A DNA stretch of 63,600 bases, counting the filler, from Conidiobolus incongruus B7586 (lineage: Eukaryota): assembly GCA_000697335.1 (NCBI GenBank). It is 14 parts of 14 records of this genome, joined end to end, with 100 filler letters (N's around TTAATTAATTAA, not from the genome) between each part and the next. Parts side by side here need not be neighbours in the genome. Positions count along the whole stretch, not along the records: positions 39,256 to 43,728 come from JNEM01000574.1; positions 43,829 to 47,749 come from JNEM01000575.1; positions 47,850 to 51,665 come from JNEM01000576.1; positions 51,766 to 56,442 come from JNEM01000577.1; 10 more parts are not named here. One strand, given 5' to 3'. Shown one piece after another: positions 40,147 to 53,100 of the stretch. The translations under genes were made by a program, and so were the position numbers. Below the pieces are notes generated by a model that was not told the DNA's origin, ran no database searches, and saw nothing but the letters and a program-made list of their open reading frames with translations. Each line of letters opens with the position of its first letter. The first letter of the stretch is position 1.

Positions 40147-41823
40147 TTATTTATTGTGAAGTAATTTTAATCCTGATTTAAACAATAATATATTTAAATT
40201 ATGACTAGGGTGTACAAATTGAAATACAATTTCTGAAATTCGATTCAAATCTGATAATATTAAATTCTTTTCAGATACTTGAACATATTTGAAAATGCGA
40301 AAGTATGTAAACCCAACTAGATAAAGGTAGTAATGGTGGGATGGGTTTTGAAATTTTTTAAGTGCTAATCGTAAGAGATGATGGCAGAATTGGATGGTTT
40401 GACTTAACAGGTTCTTATTTAGAGAAAATTGTTTCAGTTGCCAATATTCTAGAACGTCGAGAGTGAGCTTGATATTCATTTGGGTAATTAGTTCTTCTTC
40501 AGATAGAATGTCTTGTAAATGGCTCGGAAATTGTGTTAATAATAGATCGTACCTTCTTAGGGTTAGATGGAAATTACTTTGTAGTCGATTGATTTTTTTA
40601 ACACATATATCATCTATTTGGTGATGACTGCTGGATGAAATAATCGGAAATGTTATTTGATAAAGAGCAAAATCACGAAAACGATTATGTATAACAGTGA
40701 TCATAGCTAACAGGTCTCTTTCTTGCCTATTAAAATTACCAAATTCGAAACTTTCACTTGGAAGAACATGCCAAGAAGAATCATATAAACCTTCATCAAA
40801 ATTTGCTAACTCTCTAACATAGTTTGGATATACGTTGAATTGACCACTTACATTGCGATTTAATAAGGTCACCTTTCTAAATGCAATTTTTCTATTATAA
40901 CTAACAGATCCTTCAAACTGTGTAGTATCAATATGAAGTCCCAAAGTATAGCACATCCTAGTTAGGTGAGCAAGATAAGCACGGCTGAGAGCTGTTTTTC
41001 GATTGAATAAAATGGCATAAAAATAAATACATAAAGCTTGAACATTTTGTAAACATGGTTTGAATATAATCTTTTGTAATTGAATCTTTGCTAAGTTATC
41101 CATATATTCAGTTAATTTTGGAGGTTTCTCGCTTCGATACTGATATCCTTTATAATATATTGCATTCAGTAGGGTATGCGATATTGCCTTGAAATTTAAA
41201 TATTTTAAATTGAAAAATGATGCATGTAGATGAAATTTGGTCAAATATAGATAAATTAACTCATTCCAAAATTCGGGTTGGTGAAGTACTTTCAAATCAT
41301 CAAGTACTGGCGAGGATTGCTCTATACTTGGTGATGAATTTATGCAAGGAGTAAAATTCTGGTTATCAGCTATTATAGACTGAATCTGGGGAAGTTTTTT
41401 GAAATCCAAGCCTAAAGCAAATATCAACTGGGAGAAGGGAATTTCGTTAGAGTATATTAAATAGGAGGTTAAATCATCTAATCCGTTGAATCGGATATGT
41501 TTGGTTTGGGAGATTATATTGATTTCGAAAGGTTTAGCATAATAAATGAAACTTATTTTTTGTTCTAGAGGTAAAATGGGCAGTATTGGATCTAAAAATT
41601 ATAACATTAAATAATATTTAAATATTCAATTGTCTTGGTATTTACCTTTTGGCCTTTGACTATCATATTTATGTTTAAATTGATATGATATGAATTTGTT
41701 AGATAAATTGGAAGAATTTAAACATTTTCTACAAATTTTGTTCTTGCAAGTTATTACTTTAATTTTACATTTAGGACAAAGTTTATATTCAATTAATTTT
41801 GAAGGTTCAATCATATTTAACAT
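40147..41823 (-). CDS. Fungal transcription factor: degenerate Zn(2)Cys(6)-like N-terminus plus fungal-specific TF middle domain; 2 exons: 41823-41646, 41591-40147 (540 aa)
   Basis: A GT-AG intron (41645-41592) joins ORFs 41626..41823 and 40147..41427 in frame. Motifs CPKC-x6-C-x4-CRKC, YLTKFHLHASFF, LQNVQALCI, LTRMCYTLGLHID. Confidence 0.85.
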
Positions 41824-42599
41824 GTTCTGAATTGAATGAGTTATCGGTACTATTTATATACGTTTGAGAGGTAAAATCAGGTTTTTCGTGAGTAAATTTT
41901 TTAGACTATGGATAAAATATTATATCTAAATTGATGATATTTCGTAATCTCATAACTTGAATAAAACTAATCATAAATTCTCAATTCACAAACAATAATT
42001 TAAAAATGAATGATAAATTGACCAATTTGAATATCTATAAATGGAATTAAGGTATCAAAATATATAATAATCTAAACGTAGTGGTTGGCTACAGAAACAG
42101 GTATATTTAACGAATTTAAATAGGAAATTCATCAAGATATAACAAAATAAAGGTGCTATACAGTATTCTATTACAAATCATCACCTTTTTCAAATATATT
42201 GAACAACAATTATTAATTTTGCATATTTTATATTCTTCAACATATAATTCAATTATTCAGAATTGTTGAATTTGAATTTGAGTTTCTGATATAATTTCAA
42301 TATATCTGATCATTATAAAATACATAAAATAATTTACCTATTAAGGTGTTCATTATAGCACAAAGAATCCAAAATATTAGCAATTCTATTTTAACCAAAT
42401 ATTAATTTTACAATATAATTGTATACTCTATATTGTATTATCCAATAGAAAAATTATCAAATTCTATAATTCATAATATGTGGATGTTTAAAATATTTTT
42501 TCCAAATAAAAAATGATTGATATATTTCTAAATTATTAAATAACGGATAATGGTGTAATGAGAAATTTTGCAAACGACTTTATCCTAAAAAATAAGAAT

Positions 42600-43080
42600 A
42601 TAAAATGGATTCTCTAATATTTAACTTTCATTTGCAAATAATCAATATTAGTTGTAGTTATGATGAATAATCTAAACTGTTAATATTAATATATTCAAAT
42701 ATTTTGTTGTATTTTGAAAACTGCCCTTTGTTTTGATTTAATAGTGAAGTCCAAATTACCCCTCATTTATAGTGACTTTGTCAGTCCCTATTAAAGGATA
42801 TTCTTTGTTCTATTTGTTCTTTTTTCTAGATTTTAACCAAATCCTATATTATTCATTGATTTAAGTATTTAAACTCAGAAGAGATTAAAAAAGAAAAAGG
42901 TTTTATTTTTAAATATTTTGCTATAATATATGGACAACAAAGTGACTTTAAGATATATTAGATTAATATTAATTTATTATATCAAATACAAGTGCTTACT
43001 AAAGACAAACTTTATTTATAAACTTATTATAAAACATCTCATTAATTGGTGGAGAATTAGGGTAAGTGTTAGATTTTATA
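42600..43080 (+). mobile_element. Dispersed repeat, probable Penelope-like RT fragment (copy 2)
   Basis: Remnants SFANNQY*L*, YSNILLYFEN, KDILC, FLNILL, VTFKIY follow the order of PLE RT motifs (FxFNxxYxQ..ANI..E, YxDD, FLD, TxVYRK). Confidence 0.5.
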
Positions 43081-43384
43081 TTAAAATAATCATTTAAACA
43101 TCACAAATACATTAATTTATAGTTTCAATAACTTGTATTTTAACTAATATATTTTAATTTATATATTTCTATTATATCTCTTTATAAATCCAATAATTAA
43201 AAATCAAACATATTTTTAAACAAATATAAAATAAAAATATAGATAAATAAAATCCAAAGAAAATAATAAATTAAGATTATTTTTATTTAATTCTTGAATC
43301 ATTAACATTATTTGATTAATAGCTCTGAATGTGATTATCAAGATAATATAAAATATAATGAATAATTTAATTAAGAAAATTTAG

Positions 43385-43728
43385 AACTTATTGCTTTTTA
43401 ATTTAAATAAGGTGAATTTTTTCAATTAACAAAAATAAATACTTAAAAATATAATATATAAATATATATATATAATATAAAATAGATATTTTTTTTTATT
43501 ATTAAAAACTTTTTGTTATATTTTTAACAAATTTTTAACACTTAAAAAAATCATTTTTTATTCAAGATTAAAATTTAATATTTCACAAATTAATTAAATT
43601 TTCATATAGAAATTTTCTTTTATATAAACTATTCTCTTAATTACTTAGAACCAATATAATTATATAAGTAATAATCTAAAGAATATATTAAGTAAAGTGC
43701 TTCTTCTAGTAATTTTTAAATAAAAATT
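43385..43728 (-). mobile_element. Mariner relic, 3' part, truncated by gap
   Basis: Colinear with 62283-62615 (aaataa..gaattttt, atatttcacaaattaattaaattttc). Confidence 0.7.
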
Positions 43729-44529
43729 NNNNNNNNNNNNNNNNNNNNNNNNNNNNNNNNNNNNNNNNNNNNTTAATTAATTAANNNNNNNNNNNNNNNN
43801 NNNNNNNNNNNNNNNNNNNNNNNNNNNNGATATTTTTCAAATTTATTTACTAATAATTATAAATATACTTTGAAATAAAATTTAATAGTTTTTTGACATA
43901 GGTTTGCAATATCAGATATAATGAATATTATCAAAATATCTAAATAAATAAAAAATATTTAATATATAATAATTAATTTTTATAATAATAATTGAATATT
44001 ATTATTATTATTATTGTAATTTTAATTTTTATAATATATTTAAGAATATATTAATGAATTATATATTATAATTGAAAAAAATTTGAAATATTAACAACTA
44101 TTATTTATCAAATACTTTTATAATTCAATAACTTTAATATGATGAATAATTTCAAATTAAAAACAGTTTCTATTAATTATGACATCATTATATTACACTT
44201 GTGAGAAATTTTTGAAATTTACACAAATTATCATACCTTTAATTATCATACTTACATCATTTAATTAGCAATTGTCAAATAAGCCACATCCCACAAATTG
44301 TGGTACAATAGTTAATATAAATTTGATAGAAGAAAAGTGGATCGATTAATTTCATTAATAATCATAACAAAGTATTTAAAACATAACACTCATTATAAAT
44401 AAGTATAATATTATTGACAGGATATTATTATTCTTAATTAAGCAGACCTTTAATTTCAACCATTTAAGTCAATATTAAACAAATTTTTAATAATTTATTT
44501 TGAATGATTAAAATTTTATACGTAATAAA

Positions 44530-45801
44530 ATGAGTACTGAATTAGAAAAATTAAGAATTAAAATGAATAACGAAGAAAATTGTAATACTGTAAATTTCAC
44601 AGGTATTTTTTTCCTTGATTTATTCTTTATTTTTGTATTCATTAATTTTTTTTGATTATTAGATACTGTGGACATCATTTGTGAATTTTGTAACTATTAA
44701 TTTGATAATTTTATATTTTTATAGATTAATATTTTATCTTTTAGTACAAACAGCTATTCATTTAATTTTATATGTTAGAGAGCTATATCCTCCAGGTATT
44801 TTTCAATTTATCATTCTTTTTTCCATTATAACTCATTTATCATATCATGCTAGAGTTATTCGAAAAGCAAAATAAATATAATATTTCAGTGCCCATGTCA
44901 CGACATCCAGAATTATCTGGATATATTTATGATATGATATTAGCTTGTAAGCCTGATTTAGAAAAGGTATTAGTGATTCTTTTGATAATCAAATGACGCA
45001 AATATTGATATTTGCAATTTTAGGGTAGTATAGAAAAGATACATTTAATTATAATGAAAGATGAAAATATACCCATCGAGAGATTTGTTTTCCAAATAGA
45101 TACTTTGATAGATCCTAAATTGAATAATAAGTAATCATAATCCCAGTTAAATATATTCTTTAATTATTTATTTCAATTTTAGTCCTGATCATTTATCTAA
45201 ATTAAATCTCAAAGATATTGAAAGCTATTTAAGATCTTTTCTAATGAAGTTATCTATGTGTCATTCTGTACTAAGTCCAAACCCTAAAGGTTATATATAT
45301 TTATTATTTAATATTATTAAAGTTATTTAACCTTTTATTAAATTTAATAGGTTGCACTTTTGCATTAGTCATGCAATTAAAACAAGGAACCCCACATTGC
45401 AAATCTGTAATTTTTTAATACATATACTTTCAAGATAATTCATTAATTTATTTCTATTTAGGGCGAATTCCCATGGATTCCTGCAGAACCTTACGACCCC
45501 AACGAAGTTCCTGAAGTCAATAACATCAATCAAGTTAATGGAGAGTCTATAAGCAACGATGAACGTGATTTGAAAGATAGTTTTAATCGCCTCATACCAC
45601 TTAAAGATATGAATACTGGTCTTATTTCTGTAAGTCTATTTCATTTTTAATTTCATATCATATTTTAATTAATTTTAGATGAACTTGTGGGTTGAAGAAT
45701 CAATTTACAAAGGCAAATTACACACTCCCGTAACACAAACTATCATTTTGGACGACCAAGACTCCTCTTCACCCCCTCCAGTTGTTGAAGGATCATCATA
45801 A
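44530..45801 (+). CDS. REV7: HORMA-domain DNA polymerase zeta subunit REV7/MAD2L2; 9 exons: 44530-44602, 44663-44689, 44745-44795, 44854-44966, 45024-45130, 45183-45289, 45351-45406, 45462-45629, 45679-45801 (274 aa)
   Basis: Spliced frame is open (825 nt). DIICEFLQTAIHLILYVRELYPPELF, VPMSRHPEL, PIERFVF, LRSFLMKLS, GCTF, FPWIPAE, LIPLKDM, MNLWVEE match the REV7 pattern. Confidence 0.9.
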
Positions 45802-48800
45802 TTTTTTTTTGAAATCAAATTTTGAATTACGATATTTAATACTTCTTCAAAGCATTATCACATCCATATTAATAATTTTTTATTGTAAATAAATTTAATC
45901 TTAATTTTTCGTTTAATAATTTAATTTAATTTATAGGAGAGAATTTACAATAACATGATAAAAACACTTACATTAAATTTTAAAGATTTCATTTCAAATA
46001 TTTTTTACTCATCTATTGTTATGAATTATTAGCAAATTTTAGATTTTTGAAATTATTTAATATAAAATTGTTTACCAAAACTATTATTTCGGTTATCATA
46101 TAATTTTGTTATTTGTTTGTTTTGACAATTGACTTAATTGAAAATTCGCATATCAATCATATTACCCAATACGGTTTTACAAATTCGATTTACATTTTAA
46201 TCATTTTAATATTATATTCTATAATGTATTTTCATTGATTATTTAATTACAATCCTAAAATATTTAATCTGATTATTCAAGCTATAGCTATTATATATAT
46301 ATATATTTATTAATATTATGGATGAATCAAGATAGTTTATGCCGAGTACTTAACTTTGTCGAATTTACAAGTCTTAATTTTTTTCTAAATATTAAGCTAT
46401 TTTATTCAGTTGATTTTAAAATTGTTAATAGTATCAATATTGCTATTTATAAGTACATTTAAGATAGCAATTTTCATAAATTATTTGAATACAATAACTA
46501 ATCCCTTTTAATTAAAGATTAAAATATATACTATTTCATTTCTGAATTGATATATTATATTTGTTTTTACAAAATTATAAGTATTTATTATTAAAAAATA
46601 AATATAAAGCTATAAATTAAATTATAATATTATTGAATCATAATAAATATCAAAAATTGCTTTTACTGAATGTTGTTATTTATAAGTATTATTAAAATAT
46701 TGTTAAATATTTTCAAAAATGTATATATAAGATTTATTGATGGTTAAAATTCATTAATATAATAAAAATATTTTAATATATGAAAAACAGTTATAAAAAT
46801 TTAATTTATAGTATTTAAAAAGTTATAATGATTCGTATTTTCAATATTGAATATTACGAATATACAACGAAAACCAATTTTTTAACTATTAATATTAATA
46901 ATTTTTAGTAAAAGCTACCTTTTTTAAATTAGACCAGATTATCATATAATGAATTTTTTGAATTATTTAGTTTGAATATATAATATATGATATCACGTGA
47001 TATAACTTTAATACTTGCAAATTAAATTTTCAGATTAAAAGATAATAAATAATATTTAATCAATTCATAATTCATTGTTTCATTAAATTTTAAAATATTT
47101 ATTCAATTCAATAGCAAATTTATCAATAAATATAAATATCTCAGAATTACTGATATATATATATAATAAAAATTTTTTGTTAATTCAAAGCTTTAATATA
47201 TAAATTTAAAAAATCAATAAATCAAATATAGTATTAAGAGACTAGTTTTTAAATTTATTATATATATTTCATAATAAATTTTAACTTTTAATAATTCAAA
47301 TAATTAATATTTTAAATTTAATTTAATAATATAAATATCATGGATTTAAGTAATAAACATTGTTTTTCAATTTTCTTTGAATTTTTATTATTTTTCTGAT
47401 TTTATTAATATTATTTTTAAGATTTATACTATCCCTACCAATAATATATTTATATTGATATTATCTACTTTTATTATAGTTTTATTAAGTATAATTTATA
47501 TATCTTAAATAAACTTATTGATATATTAAATTGAATATATTATCTTTAATTTATAACTTCCTTTGTATTATTTTGACATTATCACTTATTATTATTATAT
47601 ATATTAAATTAATTTTTGATTTTATATTTCTCAATATTATTGATAAATAATTAATTTTTTGAATTAAATAAAAAAAAATATCCTATTAAATAATATATAA
47701 AATTATATATTTAAATTATTAATAACAAACTAAGTAAATTATTTATTTANNNNNNNNNNNNNNNNNNNNNNNNNNNNNNNNNNNNNNNNNNNNTTAATTA
47801 ATTAANNNNNNNNNNNNNNNNNNNNNNNNNNNNNNNNNNNNNNNNNNNNTTTTATATTATTTATTAATTCTTATAATCCAAATACTAATAATTATAATTA
47901 ATTTTTATTTTAATATTTTGCTATTAATGTCTTTGTTTAGTGATATTTAAAATTTAAAATAATATTGAATATTTAACGTTTAAAATATAAATATTTATTT
48001 CAAAATTCTAAATTAATTCAGAATAAATTAATTCATAATGCCCTATAAGAATTTTAATTTTTATCTATATTTTATCAAAGTAGATTGGTTAAATTATATA
48101 TCTTAATTAAATTAAAATATAGTTATTAAATACATTCCTAAAGTTTATAATGTACTATTGTAATTGGGAGATAAAAAAATTAAAGCCTTAATATCATAGT
48201 AAATAAAGCGATTTAGCTGATTCAATGATTTGCATAAAGATATCAAGTCTATAGGGCTCAAATAACTTTATAACGTGGATGATTATTTATCATTATATTC
48301 ATTGATTTCCTAATAATTTACTATCTAATCAATTGAATGCTAAAATACTATTGTTGAATTTGGCAAACCATTTAAATTCGATCAAATGTTTTATAAAAAT
48401 ATATGATAGATCAGGTATTTGATATTAATGTTTTTATATTCTTATTATTATAAATATAAACCAAATTAACTCGCTAATCTGGTTTATTTTATTAAAGTAA
48501 TAAAACGAATTCTGGAAATTTTTATAAAAGGATTAGAATAACTGAAATCATTATAAATTTTATAGTTAAAATTCGATATTAGAATCAATGTTAACCAGCA
48601 ATATTAGTTAATTCTTGGAACACAACCAACAGCTAATGCCAGAATTCATTTATATAATTAGAGCTTTTTAATTAAAAAAACTTGAAAATCGGGTGTATAA
48701 TTCCAATAGTATTATAATCCTGACTTAAAATAAATAATTTATAATAATATATTATATATCTATATATATTTATATATATTGTATATAGGATTAGTATTCG

Positions 48801-49485
48801 TGATTTAAAAATTGATAAAATTTAAAAATTGAATATGCTTAGTAATCAAATGAGAGAATAAAAATTTATAAATGGATATAAACATCGCAATAAAAAGAAT
48901 AATCATTTGAAAAATAAATAACGATTTGATTGGGTAAACTAAGTTTGTAATAATTATAAAGATCCCAATATTCACAACATTCACATAATATCAATTAATA
49001 AGAATTCAAGAACCATAAACAATAAACTATAGCTTACTTATTAATATATCATGAATCATCCTTCAAATAATATTTAATTAATACTTTTTCAATTAATAAT
49101 TGTCATATACTATCTTGTAATATTGATATATTTATATAAATAATTAAATAATCAAAAATATCAACTAAATACACCAACAAACATTTGATTAATCAATAAT
49201 TATATACTATTTCAGAAATAAGATTTCAAAAACAATCATTATCTATGAAGATCAAAGTTTGCTTAATATTCTAAGATTAAATAATTTCAATTAAAATGAA
49301 CTATTCAATGGGAATTGTTTCGGAAGATCAATATCCTGATCTCCAATTATCGGCATGAATCTACGCACACATTCAAATGAGCAGCAATTGGTATGAAATC
49401 ACGTGTTAAATTAATTGCATTAATCATATGGTTTAATATTGGAATTATAGATAAAATTCAAGTGAAACTTTGTAAGGTGGGACTG

Positions 49486-49495
49486 TATATAAATA
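49486..49495 (+). promoter_or_regulatory. TATA box (TATATAAATA) of the SET gene; TCACGTG at 49399-49405 upstream
   Basis: The same TATATAAATA sits upstream of the C2H2 gene (27321-27330, minus) and the TF gene (41851-41860, minus). Confidence 0.45.
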
Positions 49496-49557
49496 CAGCC
49501 ATCATCGTTCAGTTTAGTTAAATTTAAAAATTGACAAAAAGTGAAAATTAATAAAGA

Positions 49558-50124
49558 ATGTTAACAGTTGATCCAAATCATCTAAACCAAAGTCCAGAAT
49601 TAACTAACTACCCTGAAATCTTGGAAGTTAGATTATCCAAGAATAGAACAAGTAAGTTGTACACAAGAAAAGCTTTTTCTAAAGGAGATGTAATTATCAG
49701 TATGAAGAATGGTTACTATACCGATAAATCTTATCAAACAGTTCAAATTTCTGAGCACAATCATGTCTATGACAAGGATATCATCTACCTTAATCATAGC
49801 TGTGACCCTTCCGTCAATCTCAAGGTTTACAAAACTAATGACGGCCGTCCCGTCCTCGAATTGATTGCTAGCAGAGATCTTAAAGTAGACGATGAGCTTA
49901 CCTTTTTCTACCCTAGTACTGAATGGGATATGGATGAACCTTTCACCTGCTGGTGCCAGAGTGACAAGGTATATTTTAAATATATTGAATTTTTATATTC
50001 AGTCTAACCTTTCTTTGTTTAGTGCTTTAAATCAATCCAAGGTGCTAAATATCTCAGTCAAGAACAATTACAAGGTTATTTCATCAATGACTTTATCCTA
50101 CATTTATTAAAAACCAACAATTAA
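49558..50124 (+). CDS. Stand-alone SET + post-SET domain protein (putative lysine methyltransferase); 2 exons: 49558-49968, 50023-50124 (170 aa)
   Basis: YLNHSCDP and RDLKVDDELTFFY motifs. Splicing completes the post-SET CxCx4C (CWCQSDK|C), followed by IQGAKYL. Confidence 0.9.
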
Positions 50125-53100
50125 CATAATTTTCAATAATTAACTGAAATAAATTGCAATCTACTATTAAATGTAGCCATTTTGTGTTCTATTGGTAAGT
50201 TATGTAGTGTATAAGATCATATTTGATTCAATGCTTCATCTACTTCTCTTTCTGTTCGCCACGATCAAATTTTAAATTATATTGTTCCCATTTAATTTAT
50301 AAATGATTTATATAAATCTATCAATATGAAATTTAATATTGCGGATTATCTTGTCAAGATATTCTCGCAGGTTATGATTTCATTAAAGAAAATCAAATTA
50401 TTAACAACTAAATTGATCCCATTTTAATTCGATTGCCACTAATAAAATGCCCAATTAATTTGAATGAGACTGATATTTTATTGAATTATCTTCTGAATGT
50501 GAAATCAGTTATGAGGTATGTAATTTTGAAATAAACTTTCCAATCTTTAGATATATAGATACATAGTGCAAAAACACTCGTTACAGTATAAAATTAATAA
50601 ATCGAAAATATTTGTTGAATTGTTGTCATATTATTTGTTAATAATAATTTTCTAACTATTCAATTTTCATATTTATAATATTAAATATTCACAAATATTC
50701 ATTGAAATCAAACCAAAAGTAATGAATCACGAGCTATTTCTTATTATCAATGTAATATTAATTTAATATAACTCGATTAATATATTATAATTCAAAAGAA
50801 GTTACAATATCGATTAGAGAATATTAATTAATAACTCTTTATTTCAAAGATAATGCTAGCCTATAAAATATGTTTAAAATATTTTTTTGGTTTATTTCTC
50901 CAACATATGAGATATTGAAATTTTGACTCATAATAAAATCTATTTGGGGTAAAAAAATCTACCTTGATAAATCATTACTGAATAAATATAAATAATATAT
51001 ATGTTAGCAATTATTTTAAATAAATCAATACTAAGACAGAACTATTTTAAATTTATTTTAATATTATGATTATAATTATAAAATTAAATATCATTTTTTA
51101 AATTAAAATTAAAAGATTAAATAATCAAATTTTAAACAATAAATAAAGCTTTTGTTTAAATATTTTTGCTATAAAAGTGATAAAATTTTTTTTATTATTT
51201 TATATAGTTCATTAATATCTAGAAACTATAAAAATAATTTTATTTTATAATTTAAATAATACTATTTTATTCAAGAAATATAGTTGGATTTAATATAATC
51301 AAATTATTTAATTAGTATTATTTGTAAATATTATTGTATAAATTGATATAATTATAAACACAAATATTGATCCAATAACTAAATTTAAATAAATAATAAT
51401 TTAACTAGATAATTTTTGATTATAGATATAGAATGATATTAAAAACAAACAAACTTTTATAATTTATTAAAAAAAAGCAAATTTTCCAAATTATTTATTT
51501 AATGTTAATATATTTTTATTCTATCCTATACGTAATATATTTTATACAGTCATATTAATACTATTATTTTTTTTACATTCGAATAAATATAGTTATAATA
51601 GTCATATTAAAATTAAATATTTTGTATTTAAGAAAATTGATATATTATAAATAATAAGTAATATTNNNNNNNNNNNNNNNNNNNNNNNNNNNNNNNNNNN
51701 NNNNNNNNNTTAATTAATTAANNNNNNNNNNNNNNNNNNNNNNNNNNNNNNNNNNNNNNNNNNNNTGAAAAATCAAAAATTAAAAAATATCCTATTATTT
51801 CAAATTCAAAGTAATAATAATATTAAATTTCAAAATAATTAAAAATTTATTCATTTTATAATAACAAAAATATTATTTATTTTTAATTTAATAATAAAGA
51901 ATAATATCTCTAAATCTTTAAATTTAAGTCCAAAACTATTAATTTTTATATTGATAATAATTCTTGAAGAATACTTTTAATAGGGTTAATATATACAAGT
52001 TGTTTCAATACGAACAATATGGAAAAAGTCCTTGCTTATTTGATAATGGTTCCCTTTTTTATATGAAAAAGTTGGTGAGGGTTTAAAGATAAAATAAGAC
52101 AAGATAAGATCAAATAGATAAAAAGATAAGATAAAGTAAGCAAATATGATTGACATGTTATGATGATGACAAAATAATCTGATTTATAACAATATTAATT
52201 AAAAATATTTAAAAATAACTGAATATTAATATAATTTCAAATTTACTAAAATAATATGATATTTAATTCAATTTAATTACTTAAATATAACATAATCAAA
52301 TGCAACAAAAAGTAATGTTTATTCAATACATAAAAGATATGAAATACATATAATAATAATATAATGCTTAATAGGAAAGATATTAGAAATAAATTATCAA
52401 TAACAATAGTCTTGAATCTCGAAGAATAATTTGAATAAATAATAATAATTGAAAAAATATAGTTTAGAAAATAAATCTATTCCTTTGAATAATTTCATTA
52501 TATTAGAGTTATAATTTGAAGAATCAATATAGATATGAATTCAATATTGAATTTTTTAATTATTAATGATATTATCTAATAATACAGAATATTATAAATC
52601 ATACGATAATTAGTTTTTAATATTATTATTAAATTTTTCATAAATTTTATTTACAAATTTTAACTTTTAATAGGAAATAATATAATCCATTGTTATTGAA
52701 TATATTTTTCAAATTTTTTGATATTAATATCAATACTTATATATACATATAATTATATTATTGATGACCATTATAGATGAGGTAAAATCAATTAGTGTTT
52801 TAAACCAAACAAAGTTTTAGTAGTTAAATAAATAATATTATATGTATATAGTTTTTTGTTTAATTTTTTACATTAATCAATTAAATTAGAATTTTGAATT
52901 TTAAGAAATATTCTATATATAAAATACATTTTATTTTTAATAATTAGTAATATATTAAAAAATTTAATTTTTATATTATAATTTTATTTTCCTTTTCTTA
53001 AATAAAAATTATTTTAATTTTATATTAATAATAATAAAAATTGATTTTTTATCATAAAGATTTTTCAAAATATTAATAATAAATAATATATAGAGGTTTA

